Of a stretch of 64,000 nt of DNA, positions 32,318 through 41,350 are shown in pieces (within the stretch, counting starts at the first letter, position 1; the number at the start of each line of letters is the position of its first letter). The translations under genes and the position numbers were made by a program. Source of the stretch: a virus (taxonomy: Duplodnaviria > Caudoviricetes); the IMG/VR virus record IMGVR_UViG_3300043422_000045, positions 32,001-96,000 of that record; one strand, given 5' to 3'. Below the pieces are notes generated by a model. It was not told where the DNA came from and did not search any database. It saw nothing but the letters and a program-made list of their open reading frames with translations.

Positions 32318-32965
32318 ATGAACATAGTCGCTATTGACTTCTCACTTAATTCACCAGGTATTGTAATTTCAAAAAAAGATTCAGTTCACTTTATATCTTA
32401 TATTAAAGATGGAATTGGAACCAAAGCTGAAACTAAAATGAATGAAGAACTTGCTTTATGTAAGGACATTTCTTTTAAAATACAACCAACTTTTACAACT
32501 TCAAAAGACTTTTCTGAAAAAGAAATATCTAAGCTTCAACGTTTTATAACAATGGCTAAAGATATGATTGAAATGATTCAACCTCACATAGATCTTAATG
32601 AACCTATTGTTTTTGGGTTTGAAGGAGTTTCTTATGGTTCAGGCGGAGGTGGTACAAACAATCTAATTGATTTAGCGGCCGCTGCAGCTATCTTTAAATA
32701 TTCTCTTCTTTTGTATTATAGAGATTATAAAGTTAACATTGTGACAGTTGCTCCTACTACAATTAAAAAACATGCAGGCAATGGTAGACTCAAGAAAAGA
32801 GAATTGTGGGATGTGTTTGTTGAAAACCAACTTAATGATTCTTTGTTAAATGAAAATTCTGTGTGGGGCTTTGCCAACAATCTTAAAATTGGGGCCAAAG
32901 TTCCAAAGCCCTTTGATGACATAATAGATGCTTATTTTTTAGCGTCATACCTTAGGGCCCTTTAA
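32318..32965 (+). CDS. RuvC-like Holliday junction resolvase
   Basis: IVAIDFSLNSPG, FEG, PTTIKKHAGNG and DIIDA RNase-H-fold motifs; ATG at 32318 preferred over the track start. Confidence 0.75.
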   Translation: MNIVAIDFSLNSPGIVISKKDSVHFISYIKDGIGTKAETKMNEELALCKDISFKIQPTFTTSKDFSEKEISKLQRFITMAKDMIEMIQPHIDLNEPIVFGFEGVSYGSGGGGTNNLIDLAAAAAIFKYSLLLYYRDYKVNIVTVAPTTIKKHAGNGRLKKRELWDVFVENQLNDSLLNENSVWGFANNLKIGAKVPKPFDDIIDAYFLASYLRAL

Positions 32966-33079
32966 AGTTTTAAACCCTTCCCATAATAACCTTTCACCGA
33001 CGCTAAAGAACTTAACTTATATATGTTTGGCCCCGGTTTGTTTCAAAAAAAGTAAAAATAATTTAAAATAAATTAAAAA

Positions 33080-33107
33080 GAAACAAAATAAGGTTGAGAT
33101 ATATAAG
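33080..33107 (+). promoter_or_regulatory. Middle-type promoter GAAACA-N16-TATAA
   Basis: Same motif and spacing at 33316, 48719, 55836 and 61133, and with TAAACA at 47432. Confidence 0.6.
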
Positions 33108-33112
33108 ATAAT

Positions 33113-33325
33113 ATGATTCTTAATAACTACATTCAAGCTCAAGAAATGACAACAACAGATCATTTTGATTTACACAATGTCTTAAATAAGATGGTGTTAA
33201 TGGATAAAATTTCTCAAGAAGAAATGGATAATCTCTTAGCTAAATCGGGTTTAACTAAATTAGAAACTGGTGTATACGAAGATGCGAACGGTTCTGTTTT
33301 GGCCATGGCTAGTTTGAAACAGTAA
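33113..33325 (+). CDS. Hypothetical protein
   Basis: 70-aa ORF downstream of the promoter motif. Confidence 0.5.
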   Translation: MILNNYIQAQEMTTTDHFDLHNVLNKMVLMDKISQEEMDNLLAKSGLTKLETGVYEDANGSVLAMASLKQ

Positions 33326-33343
33326 TTTTTTATCATATATAAA
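33316..33343 (+). promoter_or_regulatory. Middle-type promoter GAAACA-N16-TATAA before the SSB gene
   Basis: gaaaca gtaatttttatcata-type 16-nt spacer, then tataaa. Confidence 0.6.
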
Positions 33344-33407
33344 AGGTATAAACAGTCTCACGAAGAGGCAAACTAAACAATTTAAACGTAATTAAAGTAT
33401 TAAAGAC

Positions 33408-34343
33408 ATGGCAGAATTTGACATTTTCAATCTGAGTGTAACCGACGTTGACACTCACGAAACCGCAACAGCATCATCTACAAATGATGTTTACAAACCA
33501 ACAGCCGATCAAGGCAAAGACGGAACTTACAAAGCACTTATTCGTTTTGTTCCAAACCCAGCAAATCCACGTAATTCATTAGTTAAAAAGTATGTACATT
33601 GGTTGACTGACGCTTCAGGCGAAGGTAAACTAGTTGACTCTCCAACTTCTATTGGTGAAAAGTGTCCTATTGCTGATGCATTTTTCAAACTACGTAAGTC
33701 TGATTCAGCAGTAGATCGTAAAATGAGTGAGAAATTAAAAAGACGTGAACAATACTACGCTCTTATTAAAGTAATCAAAGATCCTCAGTTCCCAGAAAAT
33801 GATGGTACTTACAAAATCTTCAAATTTGGTTATAAAATCAAAGAGAAAATTGATGAAGAATTAAAACCAGCATTCGGTGAACCAACGCAAGTATTCGATT
33901 TATTCGAAGGTAAAAACTTTGAATTGATTATTACTCGTCAAGGTGATTATAATAACTATGACAAATCTAAATTTTCAGCTTCTAAAAGCGCAATCAACAT
34001 TGATGGTAAAACAGCTGAAAAAACTAAAGAGGTTATGTCAGCTATCAAGGCAGAATTAGACAAAGCTCCATCATTAGAGCCTTATGAGTACAAACCATGG
34101 GACGATGAAGCAAGAGATTTTGTTAATTCAATCTTACGTCAGTATTTAAATCCAGGTTCAGCAATGGACGAGATCGTTAATACTAAGAAAGCAACAACTA
34201 AAGCTACAGCAACTGCAAAAGCACAAGAAAGTTCAGATGATTTCGATTTCGATACTACATCTGCACCAGCAGCAAGCTCTACAACTTCAAGTGTTGATTC
34301 TTCAGACGATTTAGATGCATTCTTGAATGACCTTGACATCTAA
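33408..34343 (+). CDS. gp32: Single-stranded DNA-binding protein, T4 gp32-like
   Basis: A.IRFVP, CPI, YY..I.VIKDP..PENDG..KIFKFG.KI..KI, FDLFEGKNF, NYDKSKF and an acidic tail DDLDAFLNDL. Confidence 0.9.
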   Translation: MAEFDIFNLSVTDVDTHETATASSTNDVYKPTADQGKDGTYKALIRFVPNPANPRNSLVKKYVHWLTDASGEGKLVDSPTSIGEKCPIADAFFKLRKSDSAVDRKMSEKLKRREQYYALIKVIKDPQFPENDGTYKIFKFGYKIKEKIDEELKPAFGEPTQVFDLFEGKNFELIITRQGDYNNYDKSKFSASKSAINIDGKTAEKTKEVMSAIKAELDKAPSLEPYEYKPWDDEARDFVNSILRQYLNPGSAMDEIVNTKKATTKATATAKAQESSDDFDFDTTSAPAASSTTSSVDSSDDLDAFLNDLDI

Positions 34344-35403
34344 AATATCAGAACAACTTAAAGGTAGAATTAAATTATTAGTTAAGCAAGTTATTACCAA
34401 AGAACATGCTCAACCAAATAAACACACTCTAAAAGACATGCCAGGGCGAATAACTCTGGCATGCCCTTATTGTGGCGATTCAACAACAGATGATAATAAG
34501 AAGCGTGGCAATCTTTATTGGGCTACGCTTCAATATCACTGTTTCAATTGTTCACATCACACCGACGTATATGGTCTTTTAAAAGATCACGGCATTAGAT
34601 TAAATACAGATGAGACCATTGAAATCATCGATTATGTTAAAGAACATAAATTAGAAACACGTGATGTAGAAGTTTTACAACACGGTATCTTTGCTAAAGT
34701 TTTAGAAATAGCACCAACCAAACAAGAGCTTAGACAAAAATTAGGATTTGTCGATATAGAGCCAGGTGATCCAGCTTTCTTTTATCTAAGAAAGAGATTA
34801 TTATCAAATAAATTAGAACATTTCATGTATTCGCCTAAAGATAAAAGGCTTTACATTTTAAATATAGGACCAGAAGAAAAAGTTATAGGTATGCAATCTA
34901 GAACTTTGGTCAAATCTGCGAATAGCAGATATTTAACATACGACTTAGGCAAACTTAAAGAATGGCTAGGCACTCCTTTAGAATTAACAGAAGAAGAATT
35001 AGTTCCTATTAACAAAATGTCAACATTGTTTGGTATTATGCAAGTTAATATGATGATTCCTGTTACGATCTTCGAAGGACCATTAGACAGATTATTCATG
35101 CATAATTCATTAGCATTAGCTTCAGCTCACAGAGACACTGAAGAATTAGATGAAATACCAACCATCAGATACATGTTTGATAATGATGAAACTGGTAAAA
35201 AGAAAATGATGCAAAAGCTTAAAAAAGGCAAAGGCGTATTTACTTGGAATAAATTTCTAACCGAAAATAAGTTAGATACATATTCTAAACAAATAAAAGA
35301 CTTAAATGACTTGGTATTAGTTGCTTTTCAAACAAAAAGCAAATGTCTAAAAGAATTAGAAACTTATTTTAGTGATTCACAATTAGACGCATATTACCTA
35401 TGA
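34327..35403 (+). CDS. gp61: DNA primase, T4 gp61-like
   Basis: Zn ribbon CPYCGDS...HCFNC; TOPRIM FEGPLD, FDND and KDLND. Confidence 0.85.
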   Translation: MTLTSKISEQLKGRIKLLVKQVITKEHAQPNKHTLKDMPGRITLACPYCGDSTTDDNKKRGNLYWATLQYHCFNCSHHTDVYGLLKDHGIRLNTDETIEIIDYVKEHKLETRDVEVLQHGIFAKVLEIAPTKQELRQKLGFVDIEPGDPAFFYLRKRLLSNKLEHFMYSPKDKRLYILNIGPEEKVIGMQSRTLVKSANSRYLTYDLGKLKEWLGTPLELTEEELVPINKMSTLFGIMQVNMMIPVTIFEGPLDRLFMHNSLALASAHRDTEELDEIPTIRYMFDNDETGKKKMMQKLKKGKGVFTWNKFLTENKLDTYSKQIKDLNDLVLVAFQTKSKCLKELETYFSDSQLDAYYL

Positions 35404-35621
35404 TTTTAGAAAGATTATTACAAATGGTTGACGAAGAACTAGAAGATTTTCAAAACGAAAAAGAAAAAAGAAAGGGCTTAAAATCTCTTGTCGATTTTAC
35501 TTCTACGAGCACGCAATATGATGGTAACGCTTTGGGATTTGAAATTAAACCAAAGTTTAAACAAAAGGTAAAATCTTCTGTTTATATTAAAGAAGACAAG
35601 AACAAGCGCTCACTATTTTAA
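35400..35621 (+). CDS. Hypothetical protein
   Basis: ATGA overlap with the primase gene. Confidence 0.5.
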   Translation: MILERLLQMVDEELEDFQNEKEKRKGLKSLVDFTSTSTQYDGNALGFEIKPKFKQKVKSSVYIKEDKNKRSLF

Positions 35622-35631
35622 AAAGTAACAC

Positions 35632-36075
35632 ATGCAAGATACACCAATATCAAAGGTAGTTAATAAAGTTGTACAATTAGACGAATTATTTGGCACACAA
35701 CGACTATCATGGACTAACAAAATCAAAGATTTAGCTGAAGATTTAAAACATGGAGAAAACTTACATGAAGTTGCTTCATATACTTTAAGTTATAGGCAAA
35801 TATTGGTTGAAAACATTGCATCGGTTTCGTCTAAGATTAGAACTAATAAAGCTAGAGTAGACAAAAACTTTAAAGAAGCTTGGATTCGTTATTATCAATA
35901 CGAATACAAACTAAACGATAAACAACGCGAGAAATTCATAGAAGCTGATATGGCTGAAGACCTACAAGTCCAAGATTTATTAGTATCTCACAAAGAATTT
36001 TTAACAGCGTCTATCAAAACTCTTGATAACATGGGCTTTGCAATAAAGCAGCGTATGGATATGAAGCAGATTTAA
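35632..36075 (+). CDS. uvsY: Recombination mediator UvsY-like
   Basis: Helical 147-aa protein, Y...Y.YKL...E.FIEAD and IK.LDNMGFAIK pattern; directly upstream of uvsW. Confidence 0.6.
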   Translation: MQDTPISKVVNKVVQLDELFGTQRLSWTNKIKDLAEDLKHGENLHEVASYTLSYRQILVENIASVSSKIRTNKARVDKNFKEAWIRYYQYEYKLNDKQREKFIEADMAEDLQVQDLLVSHKEFLTASIKTLDNMGFAIKQRMDMKQI

Positions 36076-36091
36076 AAATATCTAATATGTT

Positions 36092-37600
36092 TTGGTTCTA
36101 ACCCTAACAGAGGATAACAGATTTTTAAGGATTGATGAGGCTAATGAACTTGAGTTAGAGCAATTAAACATTTCACTAACAAAAAGAATTGATAGCTGGA
36201 GATTTAATCCACTTGTAAAGCGAGGCTTATGGGACGGTTATGTTTCTTATATTAAAGATGACAAATGGATTCCAGTGGGTTTATGGCGATATGTCATGAC
36301 GCTTTGTAAAGAATACAGATTCGAATTAAAAGTTAATGGTATCACAAGACTTTTTGATCCTAACATTACCATGGAATCTTTCGAGGCATGGGTTAATGAT
36401 TTCTTTAATGGATCAAAGATGGTTCCAAGGGACTATCAAGTAGAAGCAGCTTTCAATATACTTAAATTTAAAAGATGTTTAGCTGAATTGGCTACATCAG
36501 CAGGTAAGACTATGATTAGTTTCATGGTCGTTTCATATATGCTTGAAAAACAAAAAGCAACTAAGATTTTATTTATAGTGCCTAACGTATCTTTGGTAGT
36601 TCAAGCTACTGAAGATTTCTATGAGTACAATTGGCAAAATAGAGTTAAGATCAAAGTACAGCAGATATATGCTGGTCAAAAATTAAAACCAAACGCAAAT
36701 ATCGTTATAGGTACATATCAGTCACTTGTTAAAAAAGACAAAGATTATTTTGATGAGTTTGACGCAGTTATTGTCGATGAAACACACAAAGCTAAATCAC
36801 AATCTATTAAAGACATTTTAGCTAAGTGTAGAAATGCGCATTATAAGTTTGGTCTTTCGGGTACTTTGCCAAAAGATGGAACGCTTGATAAATTAACTTT
36901 AATGAGTCAAACTGGCCCAGTAATTACCGAGGTTAAAGCATCATTCTTGCAAAAAGAAGGACACATTGCAGGTTGTAAAGTTAAAATCATTGAAATGGAC
37001 TATGCTCCAGAATCAGCTAAAATTGCTTTTCAAGAATTGGCTCAAAATAAATACGAAAGTAAAGATGTTTTTCAACTTGAACAAAATTATGTGGTCAACA
37101 ATCAAGCACGTCTTGACTTTGTTGTGTCTGTTATATCCAGAATTCCAAGGAATTCTTTGGTACTTTTCCATAGAATCGAGCATGGCAAGAAAATATACGA
37201 CGCCCTTAGACAGAATAGCGATAAAAAAGTTTATTACGTCGATGGCTCTACAGACTCAGATATTAGAGAAGAACATAAAAAGAAGATGGAAAACGGTGAA
37301 GAGATCGTTATCGTAGCTTCTTATGGTACATTCTCAACAGGTATCTCTGTTAAGAAAATTCACAACATCTTTTTTACAGAGTCGTTTAAATCTGAAGTAA
37401 TTATTAGACAGTCTATTGGTCGTGGTTTAAGACAACATGAATCTAAAACAGATGTACTTATTATAGACTTTGTGGATAATATTTGCACATTAGAATGGGA
37501 AAACTATCTATACAAGCATGCTCTTGAAAGACAGCGTATATACAGACAGGAGCAATTTGAATATGATATTAAGAAAGTCAAATTCGAAGGAGATATATAA
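36092..37600 (+). CDS. uvsW: SF2 DNA helicase UvsW
   Basis: WDG, PRDYQ, ATSAGKT, DETH, GLSGT, ASYGTFSTGIS and QSIGRGLR motifs. Confidence 0.92.
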   Translation: MVLTLTEDNRFLRIDEANELELEQLNISLTKRIDSWRFNPLVKRGLWDGYVSYIKDDKWIPVGLWRYVMTLCKEYRFELKVNGITRLFDPNITMESFEAWVNDFFNGSKMVPRDYQVEAAFNILKFKRCLAELATSAGKTMISFMVVSYMLEKQKATKILFIVPNVSLVVQATEDFYEYNWQNRVKIKVQQIYAGQKLKPNANIVIGTYQSLVKKDKDYFDEFDAVIVDETHKAKSQSIKDILAKCRNAHYKFGLSGTLPKDGTLDKLTLMSQTGPVITEVKASFLQKEGHIAGCKVKIIEMDYAPESAKIAFQELAQNKYESKDVFQLEQNYVVNNQARLDFVVSVISRIPRNSLVLFHRIEHGKKIYDALRQNSDKKVYYVDGSTDSDIREEHKKKMENGEEIVIVASYGTFSTGISVKKIHNIFFTESFKSEVIIRQSIGRGLRQHESKTDVLIIDFVDNICTLEWENYLYKHALERQRIYRQEQFEYDIKKVKFEGDI

Positions 37601-37636
37601 TTAACATAATAACTTATTAAAAAATAAAAAAAGAAT

Positions 37637-39940
37637 ATGTCAGTACAAAAAATTTCATCATTTAAGTCCTTTACTGAGGTTAAAAACCAATCAAAGGCAG
37701 CTCAACTTCATGAAGAAGGTAAAGCCAAAAGAGCAGAAATAGTATCTAAAATTGGTGCAGCTCTTGAAGAAATGGGTGTTACTTCACTACAAGAATTAGA
37801 TGAAGAAAAAAGAAATGCCTTAGTTGCTAAAATCTTTAATGAAGACGAAGCAGAAGAAATTGAAAAAGATATTGTTAAATTAGGTGAACCTAAAAAAGAA
37901 GATCCTAAAAAAGGCGAAGAATTAACAAACGAGGCAGTTATCAACGAAGGGACAAGATCTCAAATTGGTAAAATTGACAAGTCAGGTAAAATCGTATCAA
38001 CTTACGTACACTATGATGGTTATCCAGAGAATATGGTGCCATTATTGAAAAATTACAAAGACACTAAATCAGTAGATCAATTATTAAAATTAGGTAAAGC
38101 GGGTATTTCATACTTAGATGCAAAGATTGGTGATAAACCATTGGATTTCAATAATCCAGAAAAAGGCATTACTTTATTCTACGGAAGAGATAGAAATGAA
38201 AAAGGTGACATGACTACTAAAGCAGACGTTAAAAACGTAGCTAAGTATTTAAAAGGTGTTGCAAACCAATCAGGTGCAGAATATGCTTATTTATACGATG
38301 AAAGAGACGGTAAATGGTACATGGCTGACACATACGAAGATAAAGAATTAAAACCAGTTGCAGAATCTTTGTTAACCGAAGGTAATGCTTTTGGAGCTGC
38401 AGTTACTAAAGCTAAAGAAGCTGGAGAAAAAGAATTTGAATTTGACGGTAAAATTTACAAAGTTAAAGAAGATAACGCATCTGAATTTGATGTAATTGAT
38501 GATGTATTCGAAGCAAACTATAATGTTTCTAGATCAGCTATCGGTAGAATGGGCGGTTTAGTACCAATCAAAGAAATGAAAGCTTTGATAGATTGTTCTA
38601 AAGCAGTCATCGAAGATCTATACGAAGAAGGCTTTGAATTAGACGAAATTATCGGCTACATCGCTTACAGAATCAATGATAAATTTGAAGGCGTGTATGA
38701 ATCAGCATTAACTGAAGGTTCACACGGAATGGCTACCAAATTACTTCAAGCTATTGTAGATGGAGATTCTTCTAAAGCAGATGGTGTTAAAATGTCAAAA
38801 GAATTAGCACAACACGCCATAGATTGGATTAAAACTTCTCCATTTGGTAAAAAATACGGAAATTTACCGCTGTATATGTTAATTAAAGCATCTATTAACT
38901 GGGGTATTGAAAGAGGTTTAGATTCAAGCTTAAAAGCTGAATTAAAATCTTTAGTAGATTCTTTAAAAGAATCCAATGAATCAATCGAAAGCGATGACGT
39001 AAACGAAGCTAGATCAATTAATAAAATTCAAACAGAATGGACTAAAGTTACTAATGCAATGAAAGACACTGCAGCTAGTTGGAAAGCAGCTGAAGGTGAT
39101 GCAAAAACTGCATTATTAACAACTTTAAAAGAAATGACAGCAAAAAAGAAAGCTTTAGAAGCTGAATTAGATGCAGTTGTTTCAGATAAAGACAAAGACT
39201 TAGAATTAGCAATGGAATCAATGACTTTAGTTTTACGATCAGTTGACGAAGGCTTTGAAGTTCATTATTCTGATGGCGTTAGAGCTATGAAGAAATTCGG
39301 TAATGAAAAACAAGCAATCGATTTTGCTAAAGATCTAATCAAAAACAAAAAAAGTTTACAATTCGTAGATGTTTTTAATGCAGGATCAGGATTTCACTCA
39401 ACATCTGATACAAATGCCATCGTAGCATTTTGGGGAGATGGTTCTTATACAGACAATGTTTCTAAGAGAGATACTAAATTAGCTGCTAAAAAAATTCAAG
39501 AATCTGTAGAAATTAACGAAGAAGACATCACGTCAGATGATCAATTTAAAGAATATGCGATGACAGTTTTAAAAGATGCATTCAAAGATGAATTCGATGA
39601 AGCTAAAGCAGAAGATGTTATCAAAGGAATTCTTAGTAAAGTTGATGGTGATTACGGCGCAGCTATCGGAATGCTAACAAGTTCTTTAGGAGAATCAGTT
39701 ACAAATGAAGCTACTGTTGAAGTAGATGCTACAGACCCTAAAGATAAAAACTTAGCTAAATTATTAAAGAAACACAATGTTACTTTAGAAGTAATTAACA
39801 AAAAGGGACCATCGGGTTATCCAGAAGTTAAATTAACCGGAGATACCAAAGATCTCAAAGCAGTTTTAGCAGATGATGAATATGGCTGGGACGATGAAGA
39901 TCTTGCAGATTATATTGAAGAATCAAACACTGAAAACTAA
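37637..39940 (+). CDS. Multi-module acidic protein, putative capsid-internal polyprotein
   Basis: CTS-like N-terminus (KISSFKSFTE); repeated (V/I/L)xE/(G/A) linkers; contains a TRSQIG...YVHYDGYP module. Confidence 0.55.
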   Translation: MSVQKISSFKSFTEVKNQSKAAQLHEEGKAKRAEIVSKIGAALEEMGVTSLQELDEEKRNALVAKIFNEDEAEEIEKDIVKLGEPKKEDPKKGEELTNEAVINEGTRSQIGKIDKSGKIVSTYVHYDGYPENMVPLLKNYKDTKSVDQLLKLGKAGISYLDAKIGDKPLDFNNPEKGITLFYGRDRNEKGDMTTKADVKNVAKYLKGVANQSGAEYAYLYDERDGKWYMADTYEDKELKPVAESLLTEGNAFGAAVTKAKEAGEKEFEFDGKIYKVKEDNASEFDVIDDVFEANYNVSRSAIGRMGGLVPIKEMKALIDCSKAVIEDLYEEGFELDEIIGYIAYRINDKFEGVYESALTEGSHGMATKLLQAIVDGDSSKADGVKMSKELAQHAIDWIKTSPFGKKYGNLPLYMLIKASINWGIERGLDSSLKAELKSLVDSLKESNESIESDDVNEARSINKIQTEWTKVTNAMKDTAASWKAAEGDAKTALLTTLKEMTAKKKALEAELDAVVSDKDKDLELAMESMTLVLRSVDEGFEVHYSDGVRAMKKFGNEKQAIDFAKDLIKNKKSLQFVDVFNAGSGFHSTSDTNAIVAFWGDGSYTDNVSKRDTKLAAKKIQESVEINEEDITSDDQFKEYAMTVLKDAFKDEFDEAKAEDVIKGILSKVDGDYGAAIGMLTSSLGESVTNEATVEVDATDPKDKNLAKLLKKHNVTLEVINKKGPSGYPEVKLTGDTKDLKAVLADDEYGWDDEDLADYIEESNTEN

Positions 39941-39956
39941 AATATCTATAAAATTA

Positions 39957-39984
39957 AAAAGACCCAATTAATCTTGGGTCTTTT
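39957..39984 (+). terminator. Intrinsic terminator-like hairpin
   Basis: aaaagacccaa / ttgggtctttt. Confidence 0.7.
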
Positions 39985-39998
39985 ATATTTCTCCTAAT

Positions 39999-41279
39999 AT
40001 GAAAACACTTTTAAACTATACAGAGTTCCTTATTGAAAAATGGAATCAACAATATCCAGACATTATCTTAGAAGGTGGAGCAGCAGGACACATGATGCAC
40101 CCATTTGATGATGAAACTCTTACATTTGGTGAAATCAAACACATTATTGATGGTGCTTTAGAAGGTCGTTTAGATTTCGAAGCGGCTCCTACTGAAAAAA
40201 CAGACGGACAAAATGTCTTTGTTACAGTTAAGAATGGTCAAGCAATGTTCGCTAGAAATAAAGGACAGATGAAACAACCAATAGATCTTAATGGAATCAC
40301 ACAGATGTTTCAGGATCATCCATCAACTGGCGTTAGAGATACATTTACGTTCGCTGCACAAGATTTGGCCAGTGCGCTGCAATCACTATCTGCAAAGGAC
40401 CAACAAGAATTTAATGATGGAACTTCATTTATGAATATGGAATTAATTTACTCTGGTAATTCAAATGTAATCGCTTATGGTAAAGATGTTATTCAATTTC
40501 ATGGTATGGTTCACACCGATGGAGAAGGTAATCAAATAGGTTCTGATTCTAAATTAGCTGGTAAAATAGCAAATGCCTTAAAATCAGTTAATTCACACGT
40601 ACAAAAAACATTTGAAATCATTCCACCTCAGGAATTACAAATAGGTAAATCAATAGATTTTGAAGAAAAGAAAGGTTATTTCTTAAATAAGATTAATGTT
40701 TTACAAAAAAGATATAACTTACAAGACACTGATCCAGTTTCTAAATATCACTCAATGTGGTGGAAAGAGCTTATCGATAAAGACTTTTCAAATTTAGATG
40801 AAATTGATAAAGCAGGCTTAGTACAAAGATGGGCATTTGATGATAAAAAGACTCTTAATATTAGAGACTTAGCAAAGAAAATGTCTGACTCTGAATATAA
40901 AGAATTTCAACGTTTTGATAAAGAAGATTCTAAAAAGAAATTTAAAGAAAACATTTTACCATTTGAAAATCTATTCTTAGAATTAGGTTCAGTTGTGTTA
41001 AAGAATGTTTCTAATCTTTTAGTTGCTAATCCAGCTCAAGAAATGCAAAGACTACATGCACAAATTAAAACAGAGGCTGATAAAATCAAACAAAACGGAG
41101 ATTTAACTCAATTAACTAAAGTAGAAAAAGAATTAGCTAGATTAGATTCTATCGGCGGTATTGATTCTATCGTACCTTCAGAAGGCTTAGTTTTTCAATA
41201 TAAAGGTAAATTATTTAAGCTTACTGGAACATTTGCTGCCATTAATCAGCTTATGGGTATTATAAAATACGGAAGATAA
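39999..41279 (+). CDS. ATP-dependent ligase-fold nucleotidyltransferase (DUF6267-like) with CTS-like leader
   Basis: Motif I TEKTDG, ARNK, MELIY, motif IV EGLV, motif V KLT; leader MKTLLNYTEFLIE...ILE/GGAAGH. Confidence 0.6.
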   Translation: MKTLLNYTEFLIEKWNQQYPDIILEGGAAGHMMHPFDDETLTFGEIKHIIDGALEGRLDFEAAPTEKTDGQNVFVTVKNGQAMFARNKGQMKQPIDLNGITQMFQDHPSTGVRDTFTFAAQDLASALQSLSAKDQQEFNDGTSFMNMELIYSGNSNVIAYGKDVIQFHGMVHTDGEGNQIGSDSKLAGKIANALKSVNSHVQKTFEIIPPQELQIGKSIDFEEKKGYFLNKINVLQKRYNLQDTDPVSKYHSMWWKELIDKDFSNLDEIDKAGLVQRWAFDDKKTLNIRDLAKKMSDSEYKEFQRFDKEDSKKKFKENILPFENLFLELGSVVLKNVSNLLVANPAQEMQRLHAQIKTEADKIKQNGDLTQLTKVEKELARLDSIGGIDSIVPSEGLVFQYKGKLFKLTGTFAAINQLMGIIKYGR

Positions 41280-41323
41280 ATAAAATAAATCTATAAATAT
41301 TTTCATATATCAAATAGATTTAG

Positions 41324-41331
41324 TATATTTG
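41324..41331 (+). promoter_or_regulatory. Bacteroidota-type -7 promoter element TAnnTTTG
   Basis: TATATTTG 20 nt before the start codon; also at 47941 and 60614. Confidence 0.5.
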
Positions 41332-41350
41332 TAAAACAAAAATAAGAAAA

